Below, piece after piece: positions 37,364-47,667 of a stretch of DNA of 64,000 nucleotides. The first letter of the stretch is position 1, and each line of letters starts with the position of its first letter. The position numbers were made by a program, and so were the translations under genes. A model generated the notes under the pieces. That model saw only the letters and a program-made list of their open reading frames with translations, had not been told where the DNA came from and did no database searches. Source of the DNA: an uncultured Alphaproteobacteria bacterium (GTDB lineage: Bacteria; Pseudomonadota; Alphaproteobacteria; RF32; CAG-239); NCBI GenBank assembly GCA_944390375.1, contig CALXPZ010000006.1, forward strand, positions 1,587 to 65,586. The letters are read 5' to 3'.

Positions 37364-38008
37364 TTATTCATTTTTTCCTTTTGTCTGCACCCCGTTTAAA
37401 AAGATTTCAACGGCATCTTCAATCAGTTGGCGGCGTTCGTGTTCGGACGGGGTCGGTTGTTGTTTCAGCAGCACCTGCCAATATATTTTATCGTGCAGCA
37501 TTCCGAAAAAAATACCGGCGGCAGCTTTACAGTCCCGACAGTGGATTTCTCCTTTTTCCTTATACTGTTCAAGCAGACCGGCCAGACATTGCACGGTAAT
37601 TTCCGGCCCGGCGCCGAAATAGCTTTGCGCCAGCTCCGGAAAATGCAGTTCCTCCGCCAAAACAAGCCGGGACAGATTGAGCACGTCTTCATCAAACAAA
37701 ATTGAAAGCAACTTATCCGAAAAAATAAAAAGATTGTCGCGCAGGCTGTTTTCTTTATCAAATTTTTGCTGCAAAGAAGTCAGGAGATTATTGAGAATAT
37801 CTTTGACCAAAAACAAAAACAGACCTTCTTTGCTGCCATATTGAGTATAAATATTCCGACGCGATCCACCGGCGGCATTGATAATGTCATCAAGGCTTGT
37901 AGATTTGAAACCTTTGCTGAAAAATATCTCCGTTGCCGACTTCAGCAGCATTTTCTGCCGCTGCTCGGCGTTCAGCCTGTTTTTTCCGCTTAGGGAATTT
38001 TTTGTCAT
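37364..38008 (-). CDS. TetR/AcrR-family transcriptional regulator (start at MTKNSL)
   Basis: TetR HTH (RQKMLLKSATEIFFSKGFKSTSLDDIINAAGGSRRNIYTQYGSKEGLF) and a helical ligand-binding C-terminus. Confidence 0.8.
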   Translation of the reverse strand: MTKNSLSGKNRLNAEQRQKMLLKSATEIFFSKGFKSTSLDDIINAAGGSRRNIYTQYGSKEGLFLFLVKDILNNLLTSLQQKFDKENSLRDNLFIFSDKLLSILFDEDVLNLSRLVLAEELHFPELAQSYFGAGPEITVQCLAGLLEQYKEKGEIHCRDCKAAAGIFFGMLHDKIYWQVLLKQQPTPSEHERRQLIEDAVEIFLNGVQTKGKNE

Positions 38009-38172
38009 CAATCGCCGCTCTGCTTCAAACATTATAACTATTGGCGCCTTTATACCACCTGGCCGGCAAAAAATCAACCGGCTTGTCTATTCTCCGCCGC
38101 ATACATATGACCGGCCTCAAATTACACCGGCCGCCCGGATATCCGCCGCAAATCGCTGACATTTTCCTATAT

Positions 38173-38264
38173 ACAACCATTATCTGTGATTTATAATACA
38201 ATCATTTAATTACAGAAACTCATTCACAATCGATATCCGGAATATTTAACCGACATTCGTTTTC
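38173..38264. repeat. 92-bp direct repeat, copy A (about 93% identical to copy B)
   Basis: ACAACCATTATCTGTGATTTATAATACAATCATTTAATTACAGAAACTCATTCACAATCGATATCCGGAATATTTAACCGACATTCGTTTT. Confidence 0.8.
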
Positions 38265-38443
38265 CCCTTTTCACCATCGACAACAAATAAAGATAATTTA
38301 AATTATTACCATCAATTTAAACTTTACCTAAATCAAGACTCATTAAAATGATATTTCAGATGGATTTTCTCAGAACTATATGTTGCAAAATATGTGCAAA
38401 CAATATATAGAATTAAGAAACCGAAGATAAGAAAGAAGCTGTT

Positions 38444-38770
38444 ATGCCAAAAATCCTGACACGAACAAAAAAGGTTATTATCTTAATTTTGTTGCTTACA
38501 GTTTTACCTCAGATGTTTGTTGACGGGTTTTTGGCATACTTGTATCACTTTTCCGATCCCCAAACACTTCAATTACTTGAACAAACACATGATGTTTATT
38601 ACAAAATATGCATAAACACGGCATATTTCAGTTTAATTTTAACTTATATTGCAGCCCATTTTATTATAAAATCCCAAAAACTAAAATTGTGGCACAAAGT
38701 TTTCATTATCCCGCTGATATACATAATCTTATTTCAAATTTTGATTTTTGTTACCATTTTTATTTTTTAA
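38444..38770 (+). CDS. small AT-rich hypothetical membrane protein (108 aa) between the direct repeats
   Basis: Three predicted TM helices. GC content clearly lower than the surroundings. Confidence 0.35.
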   Translation: MPKILTRTKKVIILILLLTVLPQMFVDGFLAYLYHFSDPQTLQLLEQTHDVYYKICINTAYFSLILTYIAAHFIIKSQKLKLWHKVFIIPLIYIILFQILIFVTIFIF

Positions 38771-38827
38771 GATATTTCCCTAAACCAAAACATACCAAAC
38801 TGCCGTAAAATCATCGGCTTCCTTTAC

Positions 38828-38917
38828 ACAACCATTATCTGTAATTATTTATACAATCATTTAATTACGGAAACTCATTCACAATCGATATCCGGAATAT
38901 TTAACCGACATTCGTTT
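38828..38917. repeat. 92-bp direct repeat, copy B
   Basis: ACAACCATTATCTGTAATTATTTATACAATCATTTAATTACGGAAACTCATTCACAATCGATATCCGGAATATTTAACCGACATTCGTTTT. Confidence 0.8.
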
Positions 38918-39031
38918 TGCCTTCTGAATCAAATCAAAATGGCAAATCTTGCGAACTTAAGGAAACACAAAGCTTTGATGGTAATTTTGACACTTCAAAA
39001 AACGCCCTCTGCGAACCGCAAAGACACAAAA

Positions 39032-39066
39032 AAGGCTTGCGATCAAAAATCGCAAGCCTTTTCAAA
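39032..39066 (-). terminator. rho-independent terminator downstream of tRNA-Gln
   Basis: AAGGCTTGCGAT-N5-ATCGCAAGCCTT followed by a T-run on the minus strand. Confidence 0.55.
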
Positions 39067-39067
39067 T

Positions 39068-39141
39068 TGGCTGCCCCACATGGATTCGAACCACGATTAA
39101 CGCAGTCAGAGTGCGCTGTCCTGCCGTTAGACGATGGGGCA
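39068..39141 (-). tRNA. tRNA-Gln (anticodon CUG), 74 nt with encoded CCA
   Basis: Folded by hand. Acceptor TGCCCCA/TGGGGCA, 3-bp D-stem GTC/GAC as in E. coli tRNA-Gln, anticodon stem GCGCA/TGCGT with loop CTCTGAC, T-arm CGTGG-TTCGAAT-CCATG, then GCCA. Confidence 0.8.
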
Positions 39142-39345
39142 ATCGTTCAAAACTGGAGTAGTTCTATTTCATTTTCGGATGAATGTCAATATGATTTTTC
39201 ATAATATCTGAAAATTTATTTCTTTTTATATTTTATTGAACATTCCCGGCGGATACACCTTCCCCGTTCATTAAACATCATACCTTTTTTCACCTTTTCC
39301 GAAAGAAAACGCCCCGGCTTTTTTCCCGGCCTCAAACACAAAATT

Positions 39346-39368
39346 AAAGGGGCGAAAGCGCCCCTTTA
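39346..39368 (-). terminator. terminator hairpin downstream of aspS
   Basis: GGGGCG-AAA-GCGCCCC, followed on the minus strand by TTTAATTTTGTG. Confidence 0.45.
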
Positions 39369-39370
39369 AC

Positions 39371-41140
39371 CTACTTTTTATCTTCCAGATCCACCTTAAT
39401 ATGCAGTTCTTTCAACTGCTCGTCGGTTACATAGTTCGGCGCCTGCATCAACAGATCCTGCGCTTTTCCGTTTAAGGGGAACAAAATAACGTCGCGGATG
39501 ATCGGTTCGTCCAAAAGCAGCATTACCAGCCGATCCATACCGAAAGCGGAACCGGCGTGCGGCGGCGCTCCGAACTTGAAAGCGCTGATCATACCGCCGA
39601 ATTTGTTGTCAACCACGCTGTTATCATAACCGGCAATTTCAAACGCCTTGTACATAATTTCCGGCTCATGGTTGCGCACCGCGCCCGACAAAAGTTCTAC
39701 ACCGTTGCAGACAAAGTCATACTGATAGGCCAGAATTTCAAGCGGATTTTTATTAAGCAGCGCCTCCATGCCGCCCTGAGGCATCGAGAACGGATTATGC
39801 GAAAATTCAACCGCACCGGTTTCCTCATTTTCCTCATAAAACGGAAAATCGACAATCCAGCACATCTTAAAGCTGTTCTCGTCGACAAGCCCCAGTTCTT
39901 CACCGACCTTATTGCGCAGCCGGCCGCTGAATTTGTCAAATTTCATGCCCTTGCCGACCATAAACAACACGGCGTCGCCATCTTTGGCGGCAAAGCGCGT
40001 TTTCAGTTCATTTATCTTTTCTTCGCTGAAGAAACGGGCAATTCCCTTGGCTCCGCCCGCGGCAAAAGAAACATAAGCAATGCCGCCCATACCTTCTTCT
40101 TTGGCAAAAGCGTCCAGCTTGTCAAAGAAAGAACGCGGCTTGTCAGCAATCCCTGCAACCGTCATCGCCTTAACGGTTTTGCCTTCTTTGACCAGATTGT
40201 CATAAACCCCGAAACCGCTCTCGCCGAAGAACGAAGTCGCCTCCTGCAAAACCAGCGGATTGCGCAGATCCGGCTTATCGGAACCGTATTTCATCATCGC
40301 CTCGCGGAACGGAATACGCACAAAAGGCGCCTGATCCACTTTTTTACCGTTGGCAAATTCGTTAAAAATACCGCCCAGCGTATGCTCGATTACCGCAAAA
40401 ACATCATCCTGAGTGGCAAAGCTCATTTCCATATCCATCTGGTAAAATTCGCCCGGCGAACGGTCGGCACGCGGGTCTTCATCGCGAAAACAGGGCGCGA
40501 TCTGGAAATACTTGTCAAAGCCCGATACCATCAGCAGCTGCTTAAACTGCTGCGGCGCCTGCGGCAGGGCATAGAAGCGCCCCGGATTAAGCCGCGACGG
40601 AACCAGAAAGTCGCGTGCGCCTTCCGGCGACGAAGCCGTCAAAATCGGTGTCTGATATTCGGTAAAGCCCTGCTCGCGCATCAACTCGCGGGTACGCCAG
40701 ATCACCGCCGAACGCAGAAGAATGTTCTTATGAATGCGGTCTTTGCGCAAATCAAGAAACCGGTATTTCAGACGGATTTCTTCCGGTGCGTCGTCTTCCG
40801 TTGCCACCTGGAACGGCAGCACGTCGGCTGCGGAATAAAGCGTCAGCGCGTCAACTTTGATTTCAATCTCTCCGGTCGGCAGATTGTGGTTGATATTTTC
40901 GCGGACAACCGCTTCTCCCTCAACCCCAATCACCGATTCAACACGAATGCCCTGCATTTGTTCAAAAAGCGGCGACGCACTGTTAAACACGCATTGGGTA
41001 ATGCCGTAATGATCGCGCAGATCGACAAAGCACAAATTGCCGAGATTGCGTTTACGGTGTACCCAACCGGCCAGTTTCACTCTTTTGCCGGCATCTTCTG
41101 CGCGCAGCTGCCCGCAGGTAAAATTACGATATTCGTTCAT
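39371..41140 (-). CDS. aspS: aspartate--tRNA ligase
   Basis: 589 aa. N-terminal OB anticodon-binding domain ([28 protein letters not shown]), class II motifs ([42 protein letters not shown]), and the bacterial GAD insertion. Confidence 0.95.
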   Translation of the reverse strand: MNEYRNFTCGQLRAEDAGKRVKLAGWVHRKRNLGNLCFVDLRDHYGITQCVFNSASPLFEQMQGIRVESVIGVEGEAVVRENINHNLPTGEIEIKVDALTLYSAADVLPFQVATEDDAPEEIRLKYRFLDLRKDRIHKNILLRSAVIWRTRELMREQGFTEYQTPILTASSPEGARDFLVPSRLNPGRFYALPQAPQQFKQLLMVSGFDKYFQIAPCFRDEDPRADRSPGEFYQMDMEMSFATQDDVFAVIEHTLGGIFNEFANGKKVDQAPFVRIPFREAMMKYGSDKPDLRNPLVLQEATSFFGESGFGVYDNLVKEGKTVKAMTVAGIADKPRSFFDKLDAFAKEEGMGGIAYVSFAAGGAKGIARFFSEEKINELKTRFAAKDGDAVLFMVGKGMKFDKFSGRLRNKVGEELGLVDENSFKMCWIVDFPFYEENEETGAVEFSHNPFSMPQGGMEALLNKNPLEILAYQYDFVCNGVELLSGAVRNHEPEIMYKAFEIAGYDNSVVDNKFGGMISAFKFGAPPHAGSAFGMDRLVMLLLDEPIIRDVILFPLNGKAQDLLMQAPNYVTDEQLKELHIKVDLEDKK

Positions 41141-41278
41141 CTGAAAAACCTCAATATTTCTTAAGACCTGCGGCTATATTAGGACAAAAAGAAACAAAAT
41201 CAATAAAAAAACAAAAATATTTATACTCTGTTAAACAACAGCCGCTATGCTTATAAAAAACTAAACGGAACCAAACTC

Positions 41279-42424
41279 ATGCAGATTATCGACAACACCG
41301 CCGATCTCCGGCAGTTATGCCAACGGCTGGCAAAACACTCTTTCATTACCGTAGACCTGGAATTTATCCGCGAAAAGACATATTTTCCGCTACTTTGCCT
41401 CATTCAGATTGCCTCCGAGGAAGAAACCGCCATCATCGACCCTCTGGCCGAAGGAATGGAACTTGCGCCTTTTTTTGAGCTGATGCAGGCGCCGCAGACG
41501 GTCAAAGTTTTCCATTCCTGCCGGCAGGACGTGGAAATTATTTACGAGCTTTCGGGCATCATTCCGGCTCCCCTGTTTGATACCCAGGTGGCCGCCATGG
41601 TCTGCGGATTTGGCGAAAGCATCAGTTACGAGCGCCTGGTCAAAGCCGTGCTCGACATCGAACTGGACAAGACCGACCGGCTATCCAACTGGCAGCTGCG
41701 GCCGCTTGACGAACATCAGCTGCAATATGCCGCCGGCGACGTTACCCATCTGTTAAAAATTTACCGCTACCTAACCGGCGAGATGGAACAAAAAGGACGC
41801 ACTCATTGGATTGACGAAGAAATGGCCGTCCTCGGCCGGGAAACGACCTACCTCATTCCGCCCGAAGAGGCCTGGCTGAAAATCCGCCACCGTTCGCACA
41901 ACGCCAAAGTGCTCTCGGCTCTGAAAGCGCTCGCCGCCTGGCGGGAAACCCGCGCCCGCAACAAAAACGTGCCCCGGCAGAGCATTATCAAAGACGACTT
42001 TCTGATTATGATTGCCACCGCCTGCCCCAAAAGCAAAGAAGAGCTCTTGCAGATTCGCGGAATGCGCAAAGATATGGCCTCCGGCCGGCTGGCGGACGAA
42101 ATACTGGACGCTCTGGCGCAAATGGAAGTGGACCCCAAAATCGTTCAAAAACTGCGTAACGAAAATATCAATGCCGTACCCGCGCTTTACGAGCTGCTGA
42201 AAATGCTCTTGAAAATCGTTTCCCAGCGCGAAGGCGTCGTTGCCCGGCTGATTGCCTCCGATACCGATCTGCAAAAACTGGCGGCGGGAAAAGACAAGGA
42301 CACCCCCGTGCTTGCCGGCTGGCGCCGCAGTGTTTTCGGGAACAAAGCCTTAAAGCTCCGCAACGGCGAACTCACCGTCCGCTACAACCCGGATAAAAAA
42401 GACATAGATTTTGTCGGTCTTTAG
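41279..42424 (+). CDS. rnd: ribonuclease D
   Basis: DEDDy 3'-5' exonuclease domain (ITVDLEFIREKTYFPLLCLIQIA, HSCRQDVE, YAAGDVTHLLKIY) plus HRDC domains. 381 aa. Confidence 0.9.
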   Translation: MQIIDNTADLRQLCQRLAKHSFITVDLEFIREKTYFPLLCLIQIASEEETAIIDPLAEGMELAPFFELMQAPQTVKVFHSCRQDVEIIYELSGIIPAPLFDTQVAAMVCGFGESISYERLVKAVLDIELDKTDRLSNWQLRPLDEHQLQYAAGDVTHLLKIYRYLTGEMEQKGRTHWIDEEMAVLGRETTYLIPPEEAWLKIRHRSHNAKVLSALKALAAWRETRARNKNVPRQSIIKDDFLIMIATACPKSKEELLQIRGMRKDMASGRLADEILDALAQMEVDPKIVQKLRNENINAVPALYELLKMLLKIVSQREGVVARLIASDTDLQKLAAGKDKDTPVLAGWRRSVFGNKALKLRNGELTVRYNPDKKDIDFVGL

Positions 42425-43398
42425 TCGTGAGCCGCCCGGCGGATTCGGTCGTTGATGGCCAATCCGAGGCCGCTTTCGGGGATCGGCGCCATGGCAAGCG
42501 TCCGCCCGCCGGCCAAAGCATCGGCCTGCCGCAAAAAAGAAAACAGATTGGCCGCCGCCTCACGCAAATCGCCTTTCGGACTGAGGTTAAGCTCACCGTC
42601 CCTGTCGCCGAAACCGATATAAAGTTCGTTTGCCGCCGGGGTTTCGGCATTGATCCGTAGTTTGTGCCCCGGAGCATAATGACGCAAAAGCTGTCCCGGC
42701 GCGCTTGGCCGGTCCGGTTCACCATGGGAAAGCAGCACCTTTTCATTTAAAAAATCTTCAATATCTTCCAACGTCGTTCCGCCTGCACGGAGCATCACCG
42801 CCTCTTTTCCGGTAACGTCAAGGATGGTCGATTCAACCCCGACTTTGCAGGCGCCGCCGTCCAAAATCATATCCACATTTTCGCCCAGACCGTCATAAAC
42901 ATGTTGCGCCGTCGTCGGGCTGACCGATTTAAACAAATTGGCAGAAGGCGCCACGATCGGCACCCCGCTTTGCCGGATAAGCGCGGCCGCCACCGGATGG
43001 GCGGGCATTCTGACGGTTGCCGTCGGCAATCCCGAGCAGGCCAGATCAACCCCTGCATACTGCCCTTTTCTTTTTAAAACCAAAGTCAGGGGCCCCGGCC
43101 AAAAACGACGCGCCAGCGCCAGCGAACGCTCGTCGGTTTCCACATATTCCGGCAGTGCGTCAAAATCGGCGATATGAGAAATCAGCGGATCAAAAGCCGG
43201 CCGCTTTTTGACCTCAAAAATTTTTGCCACCGCTCTCGCGTCAAACACGTTGGCTCCCAGTCCGTAAACCGTTTCTGTCGGCATGGCCACCAGCCCGCCG
43301 ATCTTGATAACGGCCGCCGCCCGGGCGATATTTTCTTCCGTTGCTTGATAAATGTTGTTCATAAATCTTTCCCGTAAAATAAAATGCCGCGCTTTCAT
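42421..43398 (-). CDS. L-threonylcarbamoyladenylate synthase (Sua5/YrdC/YwlC family, long form with Sua5 C-terminal domain)
   Basis: YrdC-domain motifs (GGLVAMPTETVYGLGANVFDARAVAKIFEVKKRP, SANLF). The 325-aa length indicates a Sua5-type C-terminal extension. Confidence 0.85.
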   Translation of the reverse strand: MKARHFILRERFMNNIYQATEENIARAAAVIKIGGLVAMPTETVYGLGANVFDARAVAKIFEVKKRPAFDPLISHIADFDALPEYVETDERSLALARRFWPGPLTLVLKRKGQYAGVDLACSGLPTATVRMPAHPVAAALIRQSGVPIVAPSANLFKSVSPTTAQHVYDGLGENVDMILDGGACKVGVESTILDVTGKEAVMLRAGGTTLEDIEDFLNEKVLLSHGEPDRPSAPGQLLRHYAPGHKLRINAETPAANELYIGFGDRDGELNLSPKGDLREAAANLFSFLRQADALAGGRTLAMAPIPESGLGLAINDRIRRAAHD

Positions 43399-44495
43399 CG
43401 TCCGCCTTTGCCGCCGCGATGCACGAATTTATCCGGCGTTTTTTCTCTTTTGTTGGCCGGCACCAGCGGCATATACTTATTTGCCAGCAGTTCCACTTTA
43501 TTAACCAGTATAATATTTTCCACCGAAGGGCGAATAACTCCGAAACGGCGTTCCGGAGCAGAAAAGTCATGTTGAATACAGGTTTCAAAATTCAAAATAC
43601 AGGCGGCGTGCTCCGGTACCATTATTTTTTCGAAATAAAGCATATCATCGCAGACCTTTGCCTGTTCAAGCTTATGCAGAAAACGATGAAAACGCTTTTC
43701 GATCAGGCAGAGTTTGTTAAAACTGTTTACCTCGCTCAGACTGGACACGTTGTTCGGCGAATAGACGGGGATGGTATGATGGCGGTCAAATTCCGGCCCT
43801 TCGATTCGTTTGCCGCTTTCGTCAAAAACAACCACATCCCAGGCCTCGCCCGTTTTACGCATTTTTTCCACCAAAGCGTCAGTATATCTCGGATCTACGC
43901 CCCCTTCCGTCAGCATTTGCCGAAACTCGTTTTCCCGGGCGGTGATAAACGTCTTGATAAACGATTTTCGCTCGCGGTAGCGGGCAAACTCCTCTCCGCA
44001 GTTGTTGCGCACAAAATCCCTGAAATCGTTAACCTGCATGGCCTTGATCAAAGCCGGCGGCAGTTGCAGTTCTGCCAGCTTTTCAATCACGACGCTTTCC
44101 ACCGAACGATAAGTCGGAAACTCTCGCATTTCGCTCCACGCCTTGCACTTCTCCAGCGCCTGTTCGTAGACCGACGCGGGATAGCTTTCATTGCCGGCGT
44201 TTTTCAGGGCATAGCGGTAATGAAAAGAAAGAAAATTCTTGTCCACGGCATAAATATCGCCGTTGCAATCGTCGCGGATCAGCATTTTATATTCCGGTGC
44301 AATCGGCCGTTCCGGCGTAATCACGCAGGAATAATTGTTATTGTAAAGATAAAGACGCAACATGTCCCGCAGTTGTTTTTTGGGCTCGCTTTCGGGCAAC
44401 AATGAAAAAACTTTCATTGCCTGATTTAACACACCTTCGGAAAAAGCCAGATATTTCAGCCTTTCCACCATTTCCCGGCGGGCTTTTTTAGACAC
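43395..44495 (-). CDS. hypothetical protein (366 aa) co-transcribed with sua5, with a possible HNH-like motif
   Basis: Overlaps the sua5 start by 4 bp. FDRHHTIPVYSPNN...N..CLIEKRFHRFLH loosely resembles an HNH/His-Me finger arrangement. Basic Gly-rich C-terminus (KFVHRGGKGGR). Family not established. Confidence 0.4.
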   Translation of the reverse strand: MSKKARREMVERLKYLAFSEGVLNQAMKVFSLLPESEPKKQLRDMLRLYLYNNNYSCVITPERPIAPEYKMLIRDDCNGDIYAVDKNFLSFHYRYALKNAGNESYPASVYEQALEKCKAWSEMREFPTYRSVESVVIEKLAELQLPPALIKAMQVNDFRDFVRNNCGEEFARYRERKSFIKTFITARENEFRQMLTEGGVDPRYTDALVEKMRKTGEAWDVVVFDESGKRIEGPEFDRHHTIPVYSPNNVSSLSEVNSFNKLCLIEKRFHRFLHKLEQAKVCDDMLYFEKIMVPEHAACILNFETCIQHDFSAPERRFGVIRPSVENIILVNKVELLANKYMPLVPANKREKTPDKFVHRGGKGGR

Positions 44496-44662
44496 TTGCG
44501 CGGCTCCTTTTGTTTAATTTTGTCATATTGTAATCCGTTTTTTTATAAAAGTCTAACAATATTAGGAGTTTTTTTATCATTTTCACCCCTATATTATAAA
44601 AAACATACGGCTCCGGCGACAGATTCTGCCGGGAGCAAAACATTTGCCACAGGAGGAAACAG

Positions 44663-46123
44663 ATGAGCGAACTTACTTTTTCGATTCAAAACAAAAGCTC
44701 GGCCGATACCAAAGTGATATTGGCATCGGGTAGCGCTTTTAACGCCGGAAAATTCATCAACACCGACGAAACGACGGCTCTCAAAAACGCCGTCCGCAAA
44801 CAAAAATTTGACGGCAAAGCCGGCTCTTTTGCCGAGATAAACAACGGCAAAACGCGGATTATCCTTGCCGGCACCGGAAGCAAGCCTTCCGCTCTTGATC
44901 TGCAAATACTCGGCGGAAAGCTTTATAAAAAAATTTCTGCCGCGGAAAACGCCGCCATCTACCTGCCGGCCGACAAAAAGAACTCCCTCTCCGCTGACGA
45001 AACGGCCGCGGCTCTTGCCCTCGGCATGGAACTCGGCGGCTATCGGTTTGACAAATACTTCACCAAAAAACCGGCCGACAGCTTTCCCAAACTGGAAAAG
45101 GTAGATTTTGTTTCCGAAACCCGTGCCGACGGCAGTCTGCTGGCCGACGCCGGAGCTCTGGCCAACGCCGTCCGTTATGCCCGTGATCTCTGCAACGAAC
45201 CGGCCAACAATTTAACGCCGGAGATTTATGCCGCCGATATCGAACGTCTGGATTATCTCGGGATTGACGTTACCGTTCTCAACGAAGACAAAATCCACGA
45301 CCTCGGTATGGATATGCTGCTCTCGGTTGCCAAAGGCTCGGTCAATGCGCCGCGGGTTGCCGTGCTGCAATGGAAAGGCCGCAAAGACCAAAAAGAGTTT
45401 GACATCGGGCTGGTCGGCAAAGGCGTAACTTTCGATTCCGGCGGCATTTCCTTAAAACCGGCAGCCAACATGGGGGATATGAAAGGCGATATGACCGGTT
45501 CCGCCGTTGTGGTTGCCGCCATTAAAGCCGCCGCCCTGCAAAAACTGCCGGTTAATGTTGTCGGCGTTGTCGGACTGGTTGAAAATATGCCTTCCGGCTC
45601 GGCCACCCGCCCCGGCGATATTGTCCGCTCCATGTCCGGGCAAACGGTGGAAGTTGTCAATACCGATGCCGAAGGCCGCCTGGTTTTAGGCGACTGCCTG
45701 TGGTACATTCAGGAAAAATTCGGCGTTAAAACAATCGTTGACATTGCCACCCTGACCGGTTCGACCATGATGACTTTCGGTTTTGAATATGCCGGCCTGT
45801 TTGCCAACGACGACAAACTGGCGGCGCGTCTCATTGAATGCGGCGAGATAACCGGCGAAAAGCTGTGGCGTTTGCCGGTCAATGCCGACTATGACAAACT
45901 GATTGATTCCGATGTGGCCGACATCAAAAACACCGGGCCGCGCCTGGCCGGCGGTATCACCGCCGCCTGCTTCCTGCAGCGTTTTATTAAAAACGGCGTT
46001 AAATGGGCGCACCTGGATATTGCCGGCGTCGACAAAGATGACAAAGGCCACCCGCTGACCCCGAAAGGCGCCACTGCCTTCGGCGTCCGCGTTCTTGATA
46101 CGCTGTTAAAAAAGCTGGCCTGA
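44663..46123 (+). CDS. pepA: leucyl aminopeptidase (M17)
   Basis: M17 catalytic signature NTDAEGRLVLGD and metal-binding motifs (VGKGVTFDSGGISLKP, DMKGDMTG). Confidence 0.9.
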   Translation: MSELTFSIQNKSSADTKVILASGSAFNAGKFINTDETTALKNAVRKQKFDGKAGSFAEINNGKTRIILAGTGSKPSALDLQILGGKLYKKISAAENAAIYLPADKKNSLSADETAAALALGMELGGYRFDKYFTKKPADSFPKLEKVDFVSETRADGSLLADAGALANAVRYARDLCNEPANNLTPEIYAADIERLDYLGIDVTVLNEDKIHDLGMDMLLSVAKGSVNAPRVAVLQWKGRKDQKEFDIGLVGKGVTFDSGGISLKPAANMGDMKGDMTGSAVVVAAIKAAALQKLPVNVVGVVGLVENMPSGSATRPGDIVRSMSGQTVEVVNTDAEGRLVLGDCLWYIQEKFGVKTIVDIATLTGSTMMTFGFEYAGLFANDDKLAARLIECGEITGEKLWRLPVNADYDKLIDSDVADIKNTGPRLAGGITAACFLQRFIKNGVKWAHLDIAGVDKDDKGHPLTPKGATAFGVRVLDTLLKKLA

Positions 46124-46173
46124 CCGCAATAAACATTCCTGTTAAACGGGAAAGAGCCGAATATTAACGCAAA

Positions 46174-46206
46174 AATGCGGAAGGTAAAAACCTTCCGCAT
46201 TTTTTA
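46174..46206. terminator. bidirectional terminator between pepA and the convergent downstream gene
   Basis: ATGCGGAAGG-TAAAAA-CCTTCCGCAT flanked by A-run and T-run. Confidence 0.55.
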
Positions 46207-46226
46207 ACATTACACAAAACCGTTTA

Positions 46227-47588
46227 TCACATCCGGCTTTGATAATCAACGACAGCTTTCAGGAACTGATCTTCCGCCATATAGCGTCCTTTGGTCAAAA
46301 GCATCGGCGAAACCAAACCTTCGGCAATCAGTTTATACCCCGTATTCAGAGTATTTTCCTGCTGCTGATCATCCCATGCCTTGCCGCTTGCGCCTTCGTC
46401 ATAAGCGTCAATCATCAGCGCACGGACAATCTTAAGAACAGCAGCGACGGTCTCATTTGTACCGCACAGTTCACTGACCACATTCGGATACGAATAAGCC
46501 AAAAACAGCGGAGCCAAAGCTTTGTACTCTTCCGGATAAGTCCCGAGGTTTGGCAAAGCAAAGCGGCTCTTTCCATGTTCGCGGAAAAGATGAGCCACAC
46601 CGTTGGCAAGCGTCAAATCCGCCAGCTGCCCATCATAACCGATTCGGTCATAACTGAAAATCCGCAAATTTTCGGTTATCCGCCGGCCGATATTTTGATC
46701 ATCCACCTTTCCGCTCAGGGCAAATAACCCCTGCGCTGCCGAGACAAAGGCTTTCGGCTCAATGTCGGCAATGCGCACCCAGACGTTTTCAACCTCTTGC
46801 AGCCCGAAAGAAAGCTCCGTTGCCACCCGCATCTGATAGAGAGGATAAGTAACGCAGATCAAGTTGACGTCTTCATCAATATGATAATGCGCCAGCGTTT
46901 CCTTGATCAGAGCAATGTTTTCGGCCGTTGAGGTATCCTTCGGCGTCATCAGCAGTTTGCCGAGCAGTCCTTTGGGAACACCAAGCAACAGCATCTGACG
47001 GAGATACATTCTGTATTCCGAGTTTTTACGAATCTTATATGCCGGGTTAAACTCCGTCATATTTTGATTGTCTTCCAACCCGAGAAACATAATCCCGTCA
47101 GGCAGCGCTTTGTGCATACGGATATAGCAGTACAATGCCTCCGCCGCTTTGGTTGCACTTTCGGGAGCGCCGGAAAAAACCACCAGAATATCCTTACGTC
47201 CGCCTTCCTGTCTGGGAATATGGCGATAGTCATAAGAAACGACGTTTTTGTTTCCGTATCGCAACACTTCGCCTGTATCACCGCGACCAAACCTTTCGGC
47301 CGATGCAATAATCTGCAGTTCTTCTTCCCGCAAACGATAACGGGGAACAGCATACAAAGAAATAGTCTGACGACAAAATTCTTTCTTTTGGTTAAGACTG
47401 CCGTCTCGCGTGTTTAAAACATTAAGCACCCATTTGACGGTTTCTATCCAGTCCTGAAACTCGCGTTCGCTGTGCCCGCGGCGTTCAAAACCGGGAAACG
47501 CAGACATCTCATAATTTACATTTTCACCCATTCTGGCATCTTCTACGATAGCCTGAACCAATCGTTGATAACATGTTATTTTGTTCAT
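46227..47588 (-). CDS. hypothetical protein (453 aa) with a C-terminal YdcF/DUF218-like domain (tentative)
   Basis: DILVVFSGAPESATKAAEAL and TSTAENIALIKETL...NLICVTYPLYQMRVATEL resemble the DUF218 (SanA/ElyC/YdcF) pattern. N-terminal about 120 aa unassigned. Confidence 0.35.
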   Translation of the reverse strand: MNKITCYQRLVQAIVEDARMGENVNYEMSAFPGFERRGHSEREFQDWIETVKWVLNVLNTRDGSLNQKKEFCRQTISLYAVPRYRLREEELQIIASAERFGRGDTGEVLRYGNKNVVSYDYRHIPRQEGGRKDILVVFSGAPESATKAAEALYCYIRMHKALPDGIMFLGLEDNQNMTEFNPAYKIRKNSEYRMYLRQMLLLGVPKGLLGKLLMTPKDTSTAENIALIKETLAHYHIDEDVNLICVTYPLYQMRVATELSFGLQEVENVWVRIADIEPKAFVSAAQGLFALSGKVDDQNIGRRITENLRIFSYDRIGYDGQLADLTLANGVAHLFREHGKSRFALPNLGTYPEEYKALAPLFLAYSYPNVVSELCGTNETVAAVLKIVRALMIDAYDEGASGKAWDDQQQENTLNTGYKLIAEGLVSPMLLTKGRYMAEDQFLKAVVDYQSRM

Positions 47589-47667
47589 AAAAATAAAAAA
47601 TTAAAAATAGATAATACACGATTATTATACACGATTAGCGATCAATATCAACAAAATTTTGACAAAA

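Noticed and set aside
39557-41164. 535-aa + strand ORF
   Set aside because: Completely antisense to aspS.
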